64,000 nt of DNA from Octopus sinensis (Eukaryota). The notes under the pieces were generated by a model that worked only from the letters and a program-made list of their open reading frames with translations, had not been told where the DNA came from and did no database searches. How positions within the stretch are numbered: the first letter of the stretch is position 1; every line of letters starts with the position of its first letter. A program made the position numbers and the translations under genes. Below, piece by piece: positions 50,021 to 64,000 of this stretch. The DNA lies in assembly GCF_006345805.1 (NCBI RefSeq), contig NC_043007.1:76694001-76758000 (forward strand), written 5' to 3'.

Positions 50021-53000
50021 ATCCTGCTTGCACCTATTTAGATTTATTGCAGAGTAATTTTTATTGGGTAGAAATGTATATTTCAGAATATTAATTATAG
50101 TCACCATCTGTGTATCATACTAAATGTATACATGCTATTAAAAGGCATGGTGCTGTGGAATTATCTGAGATAAAATCTCTTCATAGACTTGTGTTAAAAA
50201 CATACGTATTGGAGCTAGACAAACATCATCACTGCAGTGACTCACAACAATGAAAGACACATTTAACCTCTGTAGAGGCTTGTCATTGCCATGCATCTGA
50301 TTGTTGCTTGTTAAAATGAAATTCATCTGGTGATGTTCATCTCACTCCAATATATATTCTGTTTATAACAAAAGTCTATGAAGTGATTTTATCTCACTCT
50401 ATTCCACAGCATCAAGCTTTCTTTTGGTGTGTATACATATTGTAAGACCTATTTAAATCATCTTGCTTTTAAGTCTGCTTCATATTTCAAGGTGAGGACT
50501 TACTAGTGTTGTTGTCACAGCTGACTCATTGATTTTCATTTTTTTTATCATAAGATTTTATTTTAAAGTTCTGGGATATCTTGAAGCCTCAATCAATTGT
50601 GAGAGTATTTGGTAACAGTGTCTAACACACAAACACTGTACTGTGCACTTGGAGTAGAGAAATAGTAGTTTATTTCTCCCACTGTGGCTGAAGTTGATAC
50701 TGTTGTGTAATGCATGGAAATCTATTGGAGTGTCCCTGCATAGGTTCAGGTTCTATTAGTGATGCCATTATTGTGTCATACTATACAAATCAAACGGTAG
50801 CACTGCAATCACTTGCTATCCTTAAATAGCTTTGATCATCTTATCTACAATGCTACAATAATTTGCTTAATGTCATCACTGTTGTAGTGTTCTTTTAAAG
50901 CTGAATCTGCTTCTTTTTATTGTTCTTTGTCATAAGCAACCCCCACTAATTGTTACTATTGGTCAGCATTGTCAGTGACGTAAGTAGTTCTTTCATTTAT
51001 CAACAATACTACAGATACCTTTAAGATATCTTCTTAAACCAAAAATTGGTGATTTAGGTTTCCTAATAACTTACTTTTTTTTTTTTAAATTAAGAGAGAA
51101 GATTTGCTTTTCGGTGTCCATGACTTTTTTCATGCTCTCCCAGAGACTGATGCAGTTGATGCCAAGCCTGGACTTAGGAAATACATGGGTTGGGAAAGAA
51201 CTGAGAGTCTAGTTTGGATACTTGCAAGAAAGTGATCTCTGTTAAAGATACCTAAGGACCTAGTAATAGTGTTGAGCAATGTGTTAGGTCTACTATCATA
51301 ACCATAACTGTTTATAGTAAGAGAATTATTCACAATTTATGATGCCAATGGTGCTAAAAGAGTAGGATTGTTTCTTATTAACATTTTGTGATTATAAATT
51401 TGAAAAATACCCCTTGCCAACTATTTTATCTTCAATGAATGTTACCTAATCAATCCTTATCAAAATGGTTAAATGATCTATTTATTGGCTTGCTGTTTTG
51501 TACTAAAACACTTGAGGATCAATTTATACTTTTCTTTGTCTAAAGGGAAATATTTTTATTGAATGCTGAACAATAACATCCCTATCTTAAAAATGATTGT
51601 ATTTTCTTTGTTCTGAAAGTATCAGTAAGTTATGTTTCTAAAGAGTTAATAATGAAACAAATTAAAGCAATTTGCCAAATAAATGAGAGATATGTTGAAG
51701 AAATCCATATTGGTTTTTGATCTAATAATGTCATTATTTTATTCATATTGTGAAGAAGCTACATGAGGTATATATTTCAAAGAGAATGCAGAAAATAAGT
51801 TGTTCTAAGTCTGGATACATGAAATTGTTGTCTTGTGCTACTTATTTTAGAAATCATTACCAATGTTACATGCAAAATTTTTACATTGTTGGAAAACATG
51901 CCTCGCAGTATTTTTCCAGCTCTTTATGTTCTCTGTTCAAATCTCGCTGAGGTCAACTTGTCTTTCATCCCTCTGGGGTCAGTTAAATAAAGTACCAGTT
52001 ATATACTTTGGCTTGATGATATTGACTACCTCCCTTCCTCCCACAATTGCTGTCCTTGTGCCTAAAGTATTAGTGTATTATCATTAATGACTTCCTCATT
52101 CTATAGTGTATTTGGAACAAGGATTTTTGACTACATCCATTCCTCTTCAAACTATAGACATAGTAGGATTTGTGGTCATCTTTGATAGTTAGAAGAATTC
52201 TTGTCAATTAATTATGCAATCCTGTCATTGTTTATACTGTCACATTGTACCTATTTACATGTACTGAGTTGATGAGGGTGTCTTAGCAATTAAGACAGAG
52301 CATTACTAAGCATAAAGTTTACTCTTCAACCAGTGGTCAACAGCTACTTAATTTCTTGTTTCATATAAATTCTAGCATTAGATTTGGCAATTTAAAGTGA
52401 TTGGTATTAAAATTTCATCAGCACTACATCTTTTAAGAAACAGACTTTCTCTATTGACACTGTTGAGTCTTATTTTAACTCTTCTTTTATCTTTTTATCA
52501 ACATTTCTAATTCACTAATATTATTGGCACAATATACTCAAATCAATCTAGATAAAAAAAAGTTTCAATGGTGTCACTTTACAAAATCAGTAGTTTTCAC
52601 AGTACTGTGTTCATTATCTATTTCTAGATTAGATAGATGTTCATGGTAAAATTTGATAAATGGCAATTGTTTTTCTCTCTGTTGCCAACAGTATAATTGT
52701 TTATGATATACCATCAATACTTTACATATTGTAATGCTTTTTAAAACTGAAATTGTAATTTCACTTTTAAATGATATAATGAATGTATTCATGTTTATAG
52801 AATGATGATAGATATTTAATACACTAAAGTTTACTGAGATACTTCTAGAACACTAAGTTAAGGTGTTTTACTAAAGAATAGAGATTTGCGCTTTGAATTT
52901 TTTGGTCTCTGTCTGAGAAAATTTATGGGAACTGGTTCCAATTACTTTGAAATCATAGGTGGTGTTTTAAAAATCAACTTAGATTACATTTCATTTTTTA

Positions 53001-53489
53001 GTTCTTTTACTAGTTACTTAATTTTATAAGGAAATAGTAGGAGACCTTGTGACTGATAATCTACCAGTTGTTTTAGTGACAATCTTTCTGTGAATAGTGA
53101 ATACTAAATTCATTTTTGCTTATAGGAATACTGAAATGATTTCTAACCTGAAATTAATGTTAAATCAAAGCTTGTTTACACATTATTATATTAAACAATG
53201 CTTTTCATGTAGTATAACATGCAAACTTTTTGACTGTCTTCCTATTGCTGGGTTTAGACATTGAATTTTCTTGCTAATTTTATTACACATGGTTGTATTG
53301 ACAACATTTTCAATTTATAAAGTCTGACATTTTCCACTGAAGTATGACCAGTTTAATTTTTTATTCCCTTCACAAGTTAAGCACTGTCTTCTTCCTGTAA
53401 CTATGACTTATGCAAGTCCTCTCAGACTGGGCTTGCTGTGGCTGATATCCAGCCTGAACATCTGCTAGTCATTGTTTACCATAAAAAAA

Positions 53490-53760
53490 ATGAGTAGGGA
53501 GAGAACTGACTACCTGGTCTGAATACTTACAACAGAATGAACTTAGATAAAGGTATTCAAGAAAGATTAAGAGGTAGTGTTAAAGAAAGCAGACTGTTAG
53601 CACTACTATCTATGATATCTGTTGAATTCACAGTCTCTCTGATGCTGATAACAACTACCTGATATAAATCCATTGTTTCATCCATAGGAACTGCTATCAT
53701 ACTGTCTAGTAATATATTGGAGAATGTTATGGCATTTAAAAATATTGAAGTGCAAGCTTT
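53490..53760 (+). mobile_element. Possible decayed hAT (Charlie/Buster-like) transposase remnant
   Basis: A single weak motif IHCFIHR resembling the hAT HC.IHR motif; all frames are interrupted. Confidence 0.25.
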
Positions 53761-54907
53761 ATTTATTTCAAGCAAAAAAAAAAAAAAGTTCTTTATAGCA
53801 GCACTTCTATAACACAATTTAACATACATCACTATCTCCTGTCACCTCTCTTAGAAATAGAAATTGTCAATTTTCCTAAAATTATGTCAGCTATTTTTGA
53901 TTTACCCTTCAGAATCTAGAAATACTTTAGTATACATGAGGGTTAATTAGATTGTCGCAGATATAGTGATGTAAGCAAAAGGATTACAATTGTGAATGGA
54001 AATTAAGATCTGATAATACTGATATAAAAATAAAAAAAGATTTTGAATTTCTGTAAATCTGTGGAATCTAGTTTTGAGAGTTTTAAATAAATTTTTGATG
54101 TCTCCTCCCCTCTCTTCATCCACCTCTTACATTTTTTACACATCCTTCATTGACACATACATACATCCTCTTCAGACGCATTTACACATCCTTCATAGAC
54201 ACAATTAGCATGTTATGTGTATAGTGACCTATATAAATCTCTTTATTCATTACATTTGTAAAGTGTGACTTTGAGATTATTAAAAATGACTGCTAATGTT
54301 GAAAACTTATTTATTCTGTTTATACATGCTGTTAAGTTAGATTGAAAGCAGAATTCATAAAACCACTTTAGATTTTGTTCAGAAGTCCAGTTGATTATTA
54401 TCCAGAGCATCAGAACATTGCTTAAGTGAGTGTGTTCTGAACAACTAATTAGAATACAGAAACAGGATGTAGATGGCATATATAGGTCTTTCTTTAAATG
54501 GTTCATAGTTTCTAATATTTCATAGCTGTTTATGTTAAGTAATTAACAAGCTTAGAGTTGAAGTGAATAGTTTCACTGCATTTAAATTTATGTGTTCAAA
54601 TGTTTACTGCCTCTCCCATTAATGTTCCTTTCACTTTTTATTCAAAGACATTTCAACTGTAACCATCCATCTATTTTTTGGACATGGTGTATCTAAGATT
54701 ATATTATCCAAAGTGTTCTCCTTTTTTATCGTATGAAATTAATGTAGGGTGTAAAGGATATTAGGTTTCTGTTTTTAGCAGTCCAAGTGACCAGCAAGCT
54801 CAATGCGTCTTAAACTTTTTTTAACTACTGCCCTACTTCCTTTTACTAACACTCAATACCTTCTAGTTATGATTCAACAAAAATTGTTGTTGACTAGTTG
54901 ATAGCCA

Positions 54908-55123
54908 TTAACCATTTAGCATTCAGATTACTCTATCAAAAGTAATATTTATTCACTTTGTTTTGGATCAATCATGCATTGTTTCATAGTTTTGATCATG
55001 TGATTGCTTATTTTTAGAATGACCTTGTTGGGTAGGTGTGAGAGGCCAGATCAGGCCAGTTTGGACGTAAAACAGTCGGAATGTTTTTGCCAGATGTAGC
55101 TGGTTTAAATGCCAAAGAGTTAA
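54908..55123. mobile_element. piggyBac-type MITE, second family
   Basis: TTAA-CCATTTAGCATT ... AATGCCAAAGAG-TTAA imperfect TIRs with TTAA on both sides; a similar right end occurs at 44573-44588. Confidence 0.75.
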
Positions 55124-57534
55124 AAGACTACTTGCATATAAATCATTTCATCAATATATGAAAAATCAAAACAACACTTTGACCATTAATATTACCAATT
55201 GATTAACACATTCAAAATATTTTTAGAAATTAGAGCGATTAAAAGATACACCAATAACTCCCCAGTACCCATATAAAATCTCCCTCTCTTAAAGAATGGT
55301 ATCGTTTATTCTCAAAAGTAATGTTTCCCCATTGGCTTAGGGTATTAAATTTTATGTTGTGTTTTGTGCTGAAATTCTCTTTTTTTTTGTTTTACTATTT
55401 GCACCTTTAATAGCTATATAGCTTGACTTGTGCTTACAAAAATGTCTTTGATATGCTAGTTTAATGCTTGTATCAATGTCATGAATTGTATGTATAATAA
55501 AACTTCAATTGATTTATTTTTACTGTCTTAGAGCAACTATATACTTCCATAGGTTAAGCAACAAACAATACTTTGTCTATCAGTATTTTCCCCCTTTTAA
55601 ATATGTCATATGAAAACTACCAGAAATTCTTATAAGAATCAGAATTAGATATGAGTATCACTTTATCTAATATTTTCATGTATCCCTCTCAATGTTTTCT
55701 TGTGAAATAGGTCTTTCAAATACAAAGATAACTTTGTTAAATAAACATTAATTTATTTAAAAGTCTGACTGAATCTCTTATTATTAATAAGGTAATAGTC
55801 TTAATGAATTTTTTTACTCTAGTAAGAAAAATAATGATAAATTTACCAACAACAAATTACTCTGTAAGGAAATTTTTATAACAGAGATTGCTTCAAAACA
55901 GGAGTTGCTTTAACTTCTGTTGGTAGTGAATAGCTTCTTTTTAACGTGTTGCTACAGAATGTAGCAACAATATGAAATGCTCAAATGTAGATGAAGTTGT
56001 TCCTACTAGAAACAACAAAGTATTTTTGCAAATATCTAAATTTTCAATACATATGAAGCTCATGCCAATTGTAGCAAACTTCATAAAAAATGAAATGTAT
56101 TTGTCTGTGTGTATAACAAAAATTGTATAGAAAAAAAATTACAAAAAATACAAAAATTGTATAGAAATCAGCAAGCAGTACTTTTGCTAGTGTGTGTTGA
56201 GGCCTGCTATGCTGGAGGTTATTTAGCATAAATACATGAAGAATCAAGGTTCAAAATAAACACATGTACATTTATGTTGTTTTTTTAAACATGTTCCTGC
56301 AGAGTAGGATTTTACCTCAGAAAAATTTCTCCCTATAGATTTTGTGTGTATCACTGAAGAGTCAGAATCATTCTGAAACATCATGTCTGGTATTCTGCTA
56401 AAGTCATGTGGTACTCATTTTCACACACAAATTCAAAATAAAGTGACTTTTCTCTGAGATGAAATCTTGCAGTGAATACTTTTTATGTTCTAGTGTTCTT
56501 TGGAAGCATTCTTTTATGTTCTTTATTTTGATCTGTATTGCTTCATGTGCTATACACTGTTGTACTTTGAATTACACTCCACTTCGTTTATATAGTTTTG
56601 ATAAACTTTTGTTTCTCCTCACCTCTCACTTTACATCTACAGAAATATGACTTTTGTTGCTTCTGCCATTTCAGATTTTTATTTCTCTTCTTCATTAGTG
56701 AGATAGATCAGACTGTAAGCTAACACCCAAGTTAGAATTATGTTTTTATATTTTGTAAATATTTTTTAGATTGAATAATAGAATTTCAAATATCAAGAAA
56801 ATAAATTTCTCTAGAAATGAAATTTGATATGTTAAGTCAATTGACTGCAGAATAGTTTCATATAAATAGCATAAATGTTTGAACACTTAAAAGGAATGAG
56901 GCAAAAAAAAATTATAGCAAGTATAATTACTGGAACTTCAATAACTTTATAACACCCAATACATATATCATAATATGAGAGAAACAATAGAAAAAACTGT
57001 AGTATTTTTGATAAATGGGAAACACCTAATATGTATATACACAATGACTATATTTATCTCCATTCAATGGATAATTGTTTCAGTTTTGTGTTTTATATTT
57101 AATTTAAATTATCAGTAATAGAAATATTTCCTACATTTTGCATGATTTTGATTAACCTGGTATTTCTACAAATCAGTCTGCGTAAACTGAAGGACACATG
57201 TACATGCACATGCAAACTGAGGTGCAGCAGTTCCTGTGCATGTTTTTTTTTTTTGAGGGGGGGGGGCTTGTTTTGCCATATTGGTCCAGGCTAAGCAGAA
57301 GTCTTAGTTTTGTTTTACTTTGAAATTACTATTTGTAAATCAGTGCTGTCTTTTATATGTTTTGATGTGATTGAAACTATTGATAATTAATGGTGTCCAT
57401 GTACCAATATAAATCCATTTTAATATAGTGTTAATTTTAGTCTGTTGAGTAAATTACCTTTGTAGTTAAAAGAGAGCTATATAAAAAAAAGCCTAATGAA
57501 TAACAAGTAAGAAGCACAAGTTTTAATTTGATAA

Positions 57535-57870
57535 TATATCATCATTTAACATCTATTTTCCATGCTAGAATGGGTTGGATAGTTCAACAAGAGCTGACAA
57601 ACCAGGGGACTACACCAAACTCCAAAGTTTGCTTTGAATGGTTTCTGTGGCTGGATGCCCTTCCTTTACAAATTATACTGGGTACTTCTTTTAATGGCAC
57701 TGACACTAGTAAGATTACCAAGTAGCTCACAAGACCTCCCTTCAACTGAACGGATTGTATTTAGGAAGTTGGCTTTATACCAGCTAATGAGAAGCTAAAG
57801 TATGATAGAGAGAACAGGGACAAGTGTTTTGTTGGAGGGAGATATATAATTATCTCAGTTGGAAAAGAAA
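57535..57870 (-). mobile_element. RTE-tailed short element
   Basis: catcatttaacatctattttccatgctagaatgggttgga tail and ggatgcccttcc motif. Confidence 0.6.
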
Positions 57871-58279
57871 AATGATGATGGTGAAGATGTGTGAAAGTGC
57901 TTCTAAGGACATGATTACTTTTTGTTTAGAAAATACAGATTCCTCATTTGAATCCAGAAAGATACTTAGACATCTGATGATGATCAGAGATTGAACTGAT
58001 CAAAATGTAATGTAGGTTTAAATATTGTAAATATTCATATCTGTAAAGAATCTATATATGGAGTTAATGGTTGGGAAAATTATAATCTTAATAACTCGTA
58101 TCAGATATTTACACATTTAATTAACATTGGTTAAGATTTTGTCTTTTGTAGGAATAGCTTGCATATTTTATATCAGATTAAATAGACTCTATCTACTAAT
58201 TCATACTTTTCTTCCTTTCCTTTTCTTTTCTGGATGTTGCTAATGAATGAATGAAGTATGGCTGTTGAAAGAATCAGAA

Positions 58280-58281
<2 letters not shown>

Positions 58282-58318
<37 letters not shown>
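58282..58318. repeat. (TG)n microsatellite
   Basis: Read directly; similar tracts at about 23195, 47183 and (CA)n at 49824. Confidence 0.95.
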
Positions 58319-58322
<4 letters not shown>

Positions 58323-58979
58323 TCATTCATCTATTCAAAATGTACACTCATTGTAAGTGCAGTCTGTACTGCACGACTCCTACAAATGTTTTAAAACACT
58401 CTTGATTGAAGACAGGTGATTTGGCTATATACCACAAATATAGGTACTATGTATATAAAGTTTTGACAGTTATCAAAATATTGTGTTGACCTTTTTGAAT
58501 GAGTGTCTTACTACTTTTCATTTATCCTCTTATTTTTAAAAATGTTATTGTCTGTAGAAACTTTTTTTTCTACTTACATAGATAGTGGGGTATTGTAATT
58601 TATATTTGTAATTTGAGGACTACTTGGTTATTTTAACTTCAGAAGCCTAATAGATTCTAATTTTTGAAATGTAAAATTTCAGCAGTCACATCAGGGAAGA
58701 ACCATTTTAAGTATTTAAGAAGAAATGTTTCATTCATTTCTTGAGATGTTGAAGTTTATGATGCAGTTTTGTTGACATGTCATGAAATAAATGAAATGTT
58801 GAATGTTTTTAAATGGCTGAAATGGCTCCTCTATGGTGTAATTAGCTCATTTTTGGCACAACTTATTTCAGACCAAGTCTCTTGTCAAACATCTAGAACT
58901 CTGGTATGTATAATTTCAAAAACCCAATACTGATTAAAGTATGTGATGCAAGCTTATAAATAGCACATCAAGCCTTAAA

Positions 58980-61280
58980 ATATCAGTCAGGATATTGGAT
59001 TTTCAGAAGCTCTTGTTTTGAAGAGAAGCTGTCAGCTTGTTCAAAAAGAACAATAGATACTGAACTTGATTTACTTGAAAAAAAACTTCTTAAATGTTTT
59101 TCATGCAACCATGAAATATCTCAAACCAAAAACTAAGGGCCCATAGTTTAATTGTTATTTGTAAACTGTACATGGTTTACTTGAGTGTATTTCTCAAAGA
59201 GTAAAGTGAAATGAACATAACTGATGAGTAGGCAAGAGGAAAGAAACTAGTGTGGGGCTGTACTGAACAGCTCTTCATCTATAAAGTACTCCTTAAGAAA
59301 GTGAAACAACATTGTTAAAGTCTACTGACTGTGTGGTCTATATAAAGAAAAAAAGCATTTGATTCTATCTCTTACTGTGGATCCTAGTTTCACTATGCCT
59401 TCTGTTAGAGTCGATACCTTTAAAAGACAACATGGTCCACACAGTTATTAATAAGAACTGAAGATACTACTATAGTCACAAACAAAATTGGGATTATCAA
59501 CAAAGTGACAGCTCATCTGTAATAGTTTTCATCTTGACAGTGAATCTCTTGTCAACCTTGTTGCAGAAATGCAAAAGCTGCAGGTTCAGATTTGTAGAGG
59601 AGAGAAGAATTGTCACCAACAATTTTTTTGTTCATAATCATCAACAGGATGTAATATTTCAAGTAATATTTTTGACAGCAAGAGAAATTTGGTTTTTATC
59701 ACAACATTCTCATAAGATTTTATTAGGATAAGTGTTTATATTTCATAGTTAATTGAGGAAAAATTGTTGACCAGACAAGGAATACAGATATCAATGGAAT
59801 TTTATCAATCCTATTGTCAATTATGAATGCTATTAGTATCTTCAAATTGAGAAGAATGTTGCATGTGTTAGTGCTGTGAGTAAAACAAGAATGACAACAA
59901 AATACCTCAACAGACTTAGAAAGATATGAGAATCAGAGCTATTCGCATTCAGTAAGACCATATCTCATGCTCATTCAGTGTCAGTGCTGACATTTGGGAT
60001 ACTTGCCTGAATGCTAGAGAATATTTACATCAACGACACGAAGACTATAAAAAGGAAAATATTAACCATATCTGGTAGCTTCCATATTGACAGTGTCACT
60101 GACAGGATCTATGATGACTGAAGAATAAAGACAGTTTAGATAAGCTTTGAGAATATTTACTGAACAGTAAAGGTAGAAATTAGTACAACATATCTACTGA
60201 ACAGTGAAAATAATAACAACTAGAAAGTGGGTGAGAAACTCCTATGCACTTTTAAACACAGTGCTAAGTGTAGCACTATTCCTGTGAACAAAAGATAGTG
60301 GGATTAACTTGAGCAGAAATTTGGAAGAGAAACATTTATTATATTAGCAGAAAGTTTTGCCTTGGTACATAGATAAAAGATACCAACATCATTGACAGGA
60401 AGAGTAGCAAAAATGTATCCTTGGTGAGATGTAATCAAGATATCACATCCCACCATGAAGGATAAATCTTAGTTTTTACAGAACAATAAATAACTATTAA
60501 ATATCTCTCAGTAAGAGAGATGAAGATAACTCTAAATCTAAACCACACTTTGACAGAAAATGTCAACTGCACCATAAAGGCATAGAAAAAAGTACCAACC
60601 ACATCATCATCAGCTGTTCCAAAATATCCATAAAATACTACCTTCTTGTAATACTTGACATTGTTGTCAAAATCCAATTACAATGCTATCATCAGGAAGG
60701 ATTACTCTGACAAGCATAGCAAAGGTACACTAGATACAGAATCTTAATATTTCCACACTGTTAAAAATAAGGAATACTGGTGGAACATTTCAATAAAAAT
60801 TGCAATCTAATGCAAATGCAATAGATCTGATATTGTAGAGGCCAGCTGCCTAGTGAATATGAATGTCTCATCTAAAAATTGGAGTAAAAGAGAATAACTA
60901 TTCTGAACTGATAAGTAACCAGAATCCTTTGCTATAGATCTTCATTTATAGCTATCAATGGTGCACTGAGCTGTGTGATAACTGATTTGTATAAAAACTT
61001 GGAAACGCTTGGATTTTCAAAGAAAGGGCAAAGTAAACTGATCAGATCCACTTCACAAGTAGTACAATGTAATTTCTAAAACATTCAAGGAACGATTCTC
61101 CTTTTGGGTTTCCTGGAGTGAACACATACAATCATGTGAACATATAGCATACAAACATAAATAGTAATCATACGAGCAAATGTTTTTGCAAAACAACCCT
61201 CACATCATTGCATGTCTGTAAGTATAACCAGATATGCACATACATAAGCAAATTCACCCAATAATTCACCAATAATTCAT
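58980..61280 (+). mobile_element. Long decayed R4/Dong-like (RLE-type) LINE: RT, CCHC knuckle, RLE and 3' UTR
   Basis: WGCTEQLFI, KKAFDS, FILTVNLLS...TNNFFVHN (RT); DRKCQL...NHIIISCSKIS (knuckle); EYWWNISIK...NRSDIV and INGALSCVITDLYKNLETLGFS (RLE). Many stops and frameshifts. Confidence 0.8.
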
Positions 61281-62149
61281 AAACCCCTTGAACTGTCTTG
61301 ATACTAGGTTAAAAAAAATACTTTGTTAGTGGCTAGTTTTAATTCTGAAAAATACTTCAACTCAAAGAAAGAGAGGCTGTCACATGTGTTGTTCTCATTC
61401 ATTTGTGTCAGCTTTTTCATAATAATGCTGATTAGTTGAAATATGTTATTGAAGCAGTGTTGGATTCCTTTCGTGTTACCAACCCTTATTTTTCAAGTAA
61501 AGGGTGAGATGGGTCTTCATTCCACTTGTCTTTGAAAGTGCTGACCCTCAGGGGGTAATTTGTTGTCAACAAACATCCACTGTCCACGACTCAGCACTTA
61601 TTTGTGTGAAAAGCAGAATGTAAACACAATCTCTTTCTCATATGCACAAACACATGTGTGTGAATTGTATCACCCAGCTATTAACTTGATATTGGCTCAT
61701 AGATATTTGTAAAGGAGTTTCCTACATGTATGTTTTGTTACAATTTATTTACATGGAAAGGTATCATTGAAAAATTAATGCTTCAGTCACAAAACAATGA
61801 TGAGTTTTAACAATATTCTCATTGTTAATCTTAACTGTCATTGGTTTTTCCAACTGAAGAATACACTGAAATTGTGTTTCCTCCACTTAGCACATTATCT
61901 CTTCCAAAGTAAACATTGTTAAAAATAGTTTGTTGAATGTGTGTGTGTGTGTGGGGGGGGGGGGGGAATTACAAAAGAAAGAGAAAAAGCAAAAATACAA
62001 TATTGCCTTGTTTGTGAAACTACTTGAAATTTTGTAGTGTTGGTATGAATGCGTATGTCTGTAAATGAAAATTTTGTTTGTTTGGATAGATAATGAGTGC
62101 ATATGTATTGAGTAAGTACAGAATTCTTAGTATCTCTTGATTTTTAACA

Positions 62150-62525
62150 AGACTTGACTATGTGGCACTTTGTGCAAGTGTCTTCTACTACAGCCTTCGG
62201 CTAACCAAAGCCTTGTGAGTGTCTTTGGTAAACAGAAAGGCAGAAAGAACCCATCGTATATATGCATGTATACGTTTTATTGTCTCCTTGCCTTGACTTT
62301 CTGTGATTGTTGTAAATGAGTGCCACTGTCATGCAAGCTGTGTTCTTCATTTCCAGCCTTCCTTAAAAACATGTCTGGTCATGGGGAAATATTACCTTAC
62401 TTGCAAACAGTTGAGAGTTAGTGATAAGAAGGCATCTCCTCATGGAAAATCCACCTCTACAGATTCTGTTTGATCTATGTGGACATGGAAAAGTGGACAT
62501 TTAAAATGATAATGAGGATGATGAC
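62150..62525 (+). mobile_element. SINE family A partial head with RTE-like tail
   Basis: gcaagtgtcttctacta...ccaaagccttgtgagt core; ends gcatggaaaagtggac-like plus gatgatga. Confidence 0.65.
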
Positions 62526-63219
62526 ATCTGATTTGTTAGTAGATGTAGGGAAGAAGCTAGGCATGCCTTCAGTAAATTGAGAGTCAGCCACTATTTCTCT
62601 AGATAATTGACAGACCATAGTTAGAAATCACTAACTGCTGTTTTCTGAAGTGTGTGGCATACAGTAACTTTCCAGTGTTTTATTTCTAAATATTTTGTTT
62701 ATGAGGCCAAAAGTTTTATTTGATTTCCTCTACTTGGTGTCTTCTCCACCAGTAATTTATGGTAGTTTTTCATTCAATATGCCTAATTAGTTTACATTAA
62801 CTTTCTCTATCACTGCAGTCATCTTTATTTTGTATTTTTCTCTTGAGTTGTGGAAATAACTGTATAAAAAATAAAATGAAAAATAAATGAATAAATAAAT
62901 AAAAAAACTTGTGTACAAATACATGATGGAATCAGATAATTGGTGAAAAGATTGATTAACAATCTTTGAATTTGAATCTTGCAAAAATTTATTTTGTCTT
63001 CTATCAATCTAGAATCTTATGTAATAGCAAGCATGCAAAGATTGTTTGCTTTCAAATATATTACCATTTCTCTATCTTTTTAAGGCAATAATAGTTCTTT
63101 ACTTATGCTGTGTAGTTAACATCACCATTATTTTGTCTGTTATATTGTTGTTCACAACTTTCATTATGTTTGTATATTCTGCATTTTTAAATACTTGAAT
63201 ATATACTTTTTAAAATACA

Positions 63220-63560
63220 GATGGTTGTGTGATTAAGAGGCTCACTTTGCAACCATGTGGCTTTTGACTCAGTCCTACAGCCCATCATCTTAGGCAATTG
63301 TCTTTGACTAGTCCTTTGAGTGAATTTGGTAGATGGAAACTGTGTAGAAGCCTGTTGTGTGTGTTTGTATTTCCCTCTCTTCCTGTTTGACCGGTGTTGG
63401 TTTGTTTACATCCCTGTAACTTAGCAGTTTGACAAGAGAGGCTAATAGAATAAGTACCAGACTCTGAAAATAAAACGTGTACTGGGGATGATTTGTTTGA
63501 CTAAAACCCTTTAATGCAGTGTCCCAGCATGGCCACAGACTGAGACAAGCAAAAAATAAA
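63220..63560 (+). mobile_element. SINE family A
   Basis: Head, TG tract, aatagaataagtacc and ccagcatggcc blocks as in other copies. Confidence 0.75.
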
Positions 63561-63881
63561 AACTTATGTAAGTCAATCATATGAATCTGCTCACATTTTG
63601 ATAATTATCCCTTCTGCTCATTCAAACACATCTTTACTAATGTAGATAAGATACCATTTTATAAATAATACATCAATGCAGGTACATATTAAATATGATA
63701 ATCCTTTTCTTTTTCTGGGTTCAGCAATTAGTCTGTGGCTATAGTAGGGCACCACCTTTAAGGTGCTTAATTCTTAACTGGTGCTTATTTTATCAGCTAC
63801 AAAAGGATGCACAACAAAGCTGAAATGTGCAATCATTTGTAGACTTTGTGGAAAATACTGTAATATAAATTATCTTCCACT

Positions 63882-63887
<6 letters not shown>

Positions 63888-63950
<63 letters not shown>
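63888..63950. repeat. Interrupted (TA)n microsatellite
   Basis: Read directly from the sequence. Confidence 0.95.
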
Positions 63951-63959
<9 letters not shown>

Positions 63960-64000
63960 TATTAGTAAAAGTGAATGGTTTAGTGATTAGGATGTGGGAT

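Noticed and set aside
61932-61947. G run (also 57257-57266)
   Set aside because: Simple homopolymer next to a microsatellite; no evidence for function.
1-64000. CRISPR arrays, rRNA, operons or prokaryotic defence systems
   Set aside because: No regularly spaced repeat-spacer units or dense ORFs; the sequence is eukaryotic and repeat-rich.

Overview
AT-rich, repeat-dense eukaryotic DNA that is almost entirely non-coding. The SINE, LINE and MITE families look like those of Octopus (inferred from recalled repeat sequences, not from a database search). I can recognise decayed fragments of Penelope-like (GIY-YIG), RTE, CR1/L2, Tx1/L1 and R4/Dong-type (RT + CCHC + RLE) retroelements, mariner and pogo/Tigger transposases, TTAA-flanked MITEs, about 25 tRNA-derived SINE copies and many microsatellites. 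A T-rich + strand and mostly antisense LINEs suggest one or more long introns of a + strand gene. Only one exon is convincing (39573-39671) and I could not identify its protein; a few weaker exon candidates are listed. There is no rRNA, bona fide tRNA, CRISPR array or prokaryotic system, and nearly all ORFs in the supplied track are spurious. The most unusual structures are the Penelope insertion (170-bp fold-back, open GIY-YIG frame, degenerate hammerhead-like fold) and an unclassified ~500-bp (ATT)-tailed retroposon nested in an R4/Dong tail. I found no clearly novel biological system. Repeat boundaries are approximate (about 10-50 bp).
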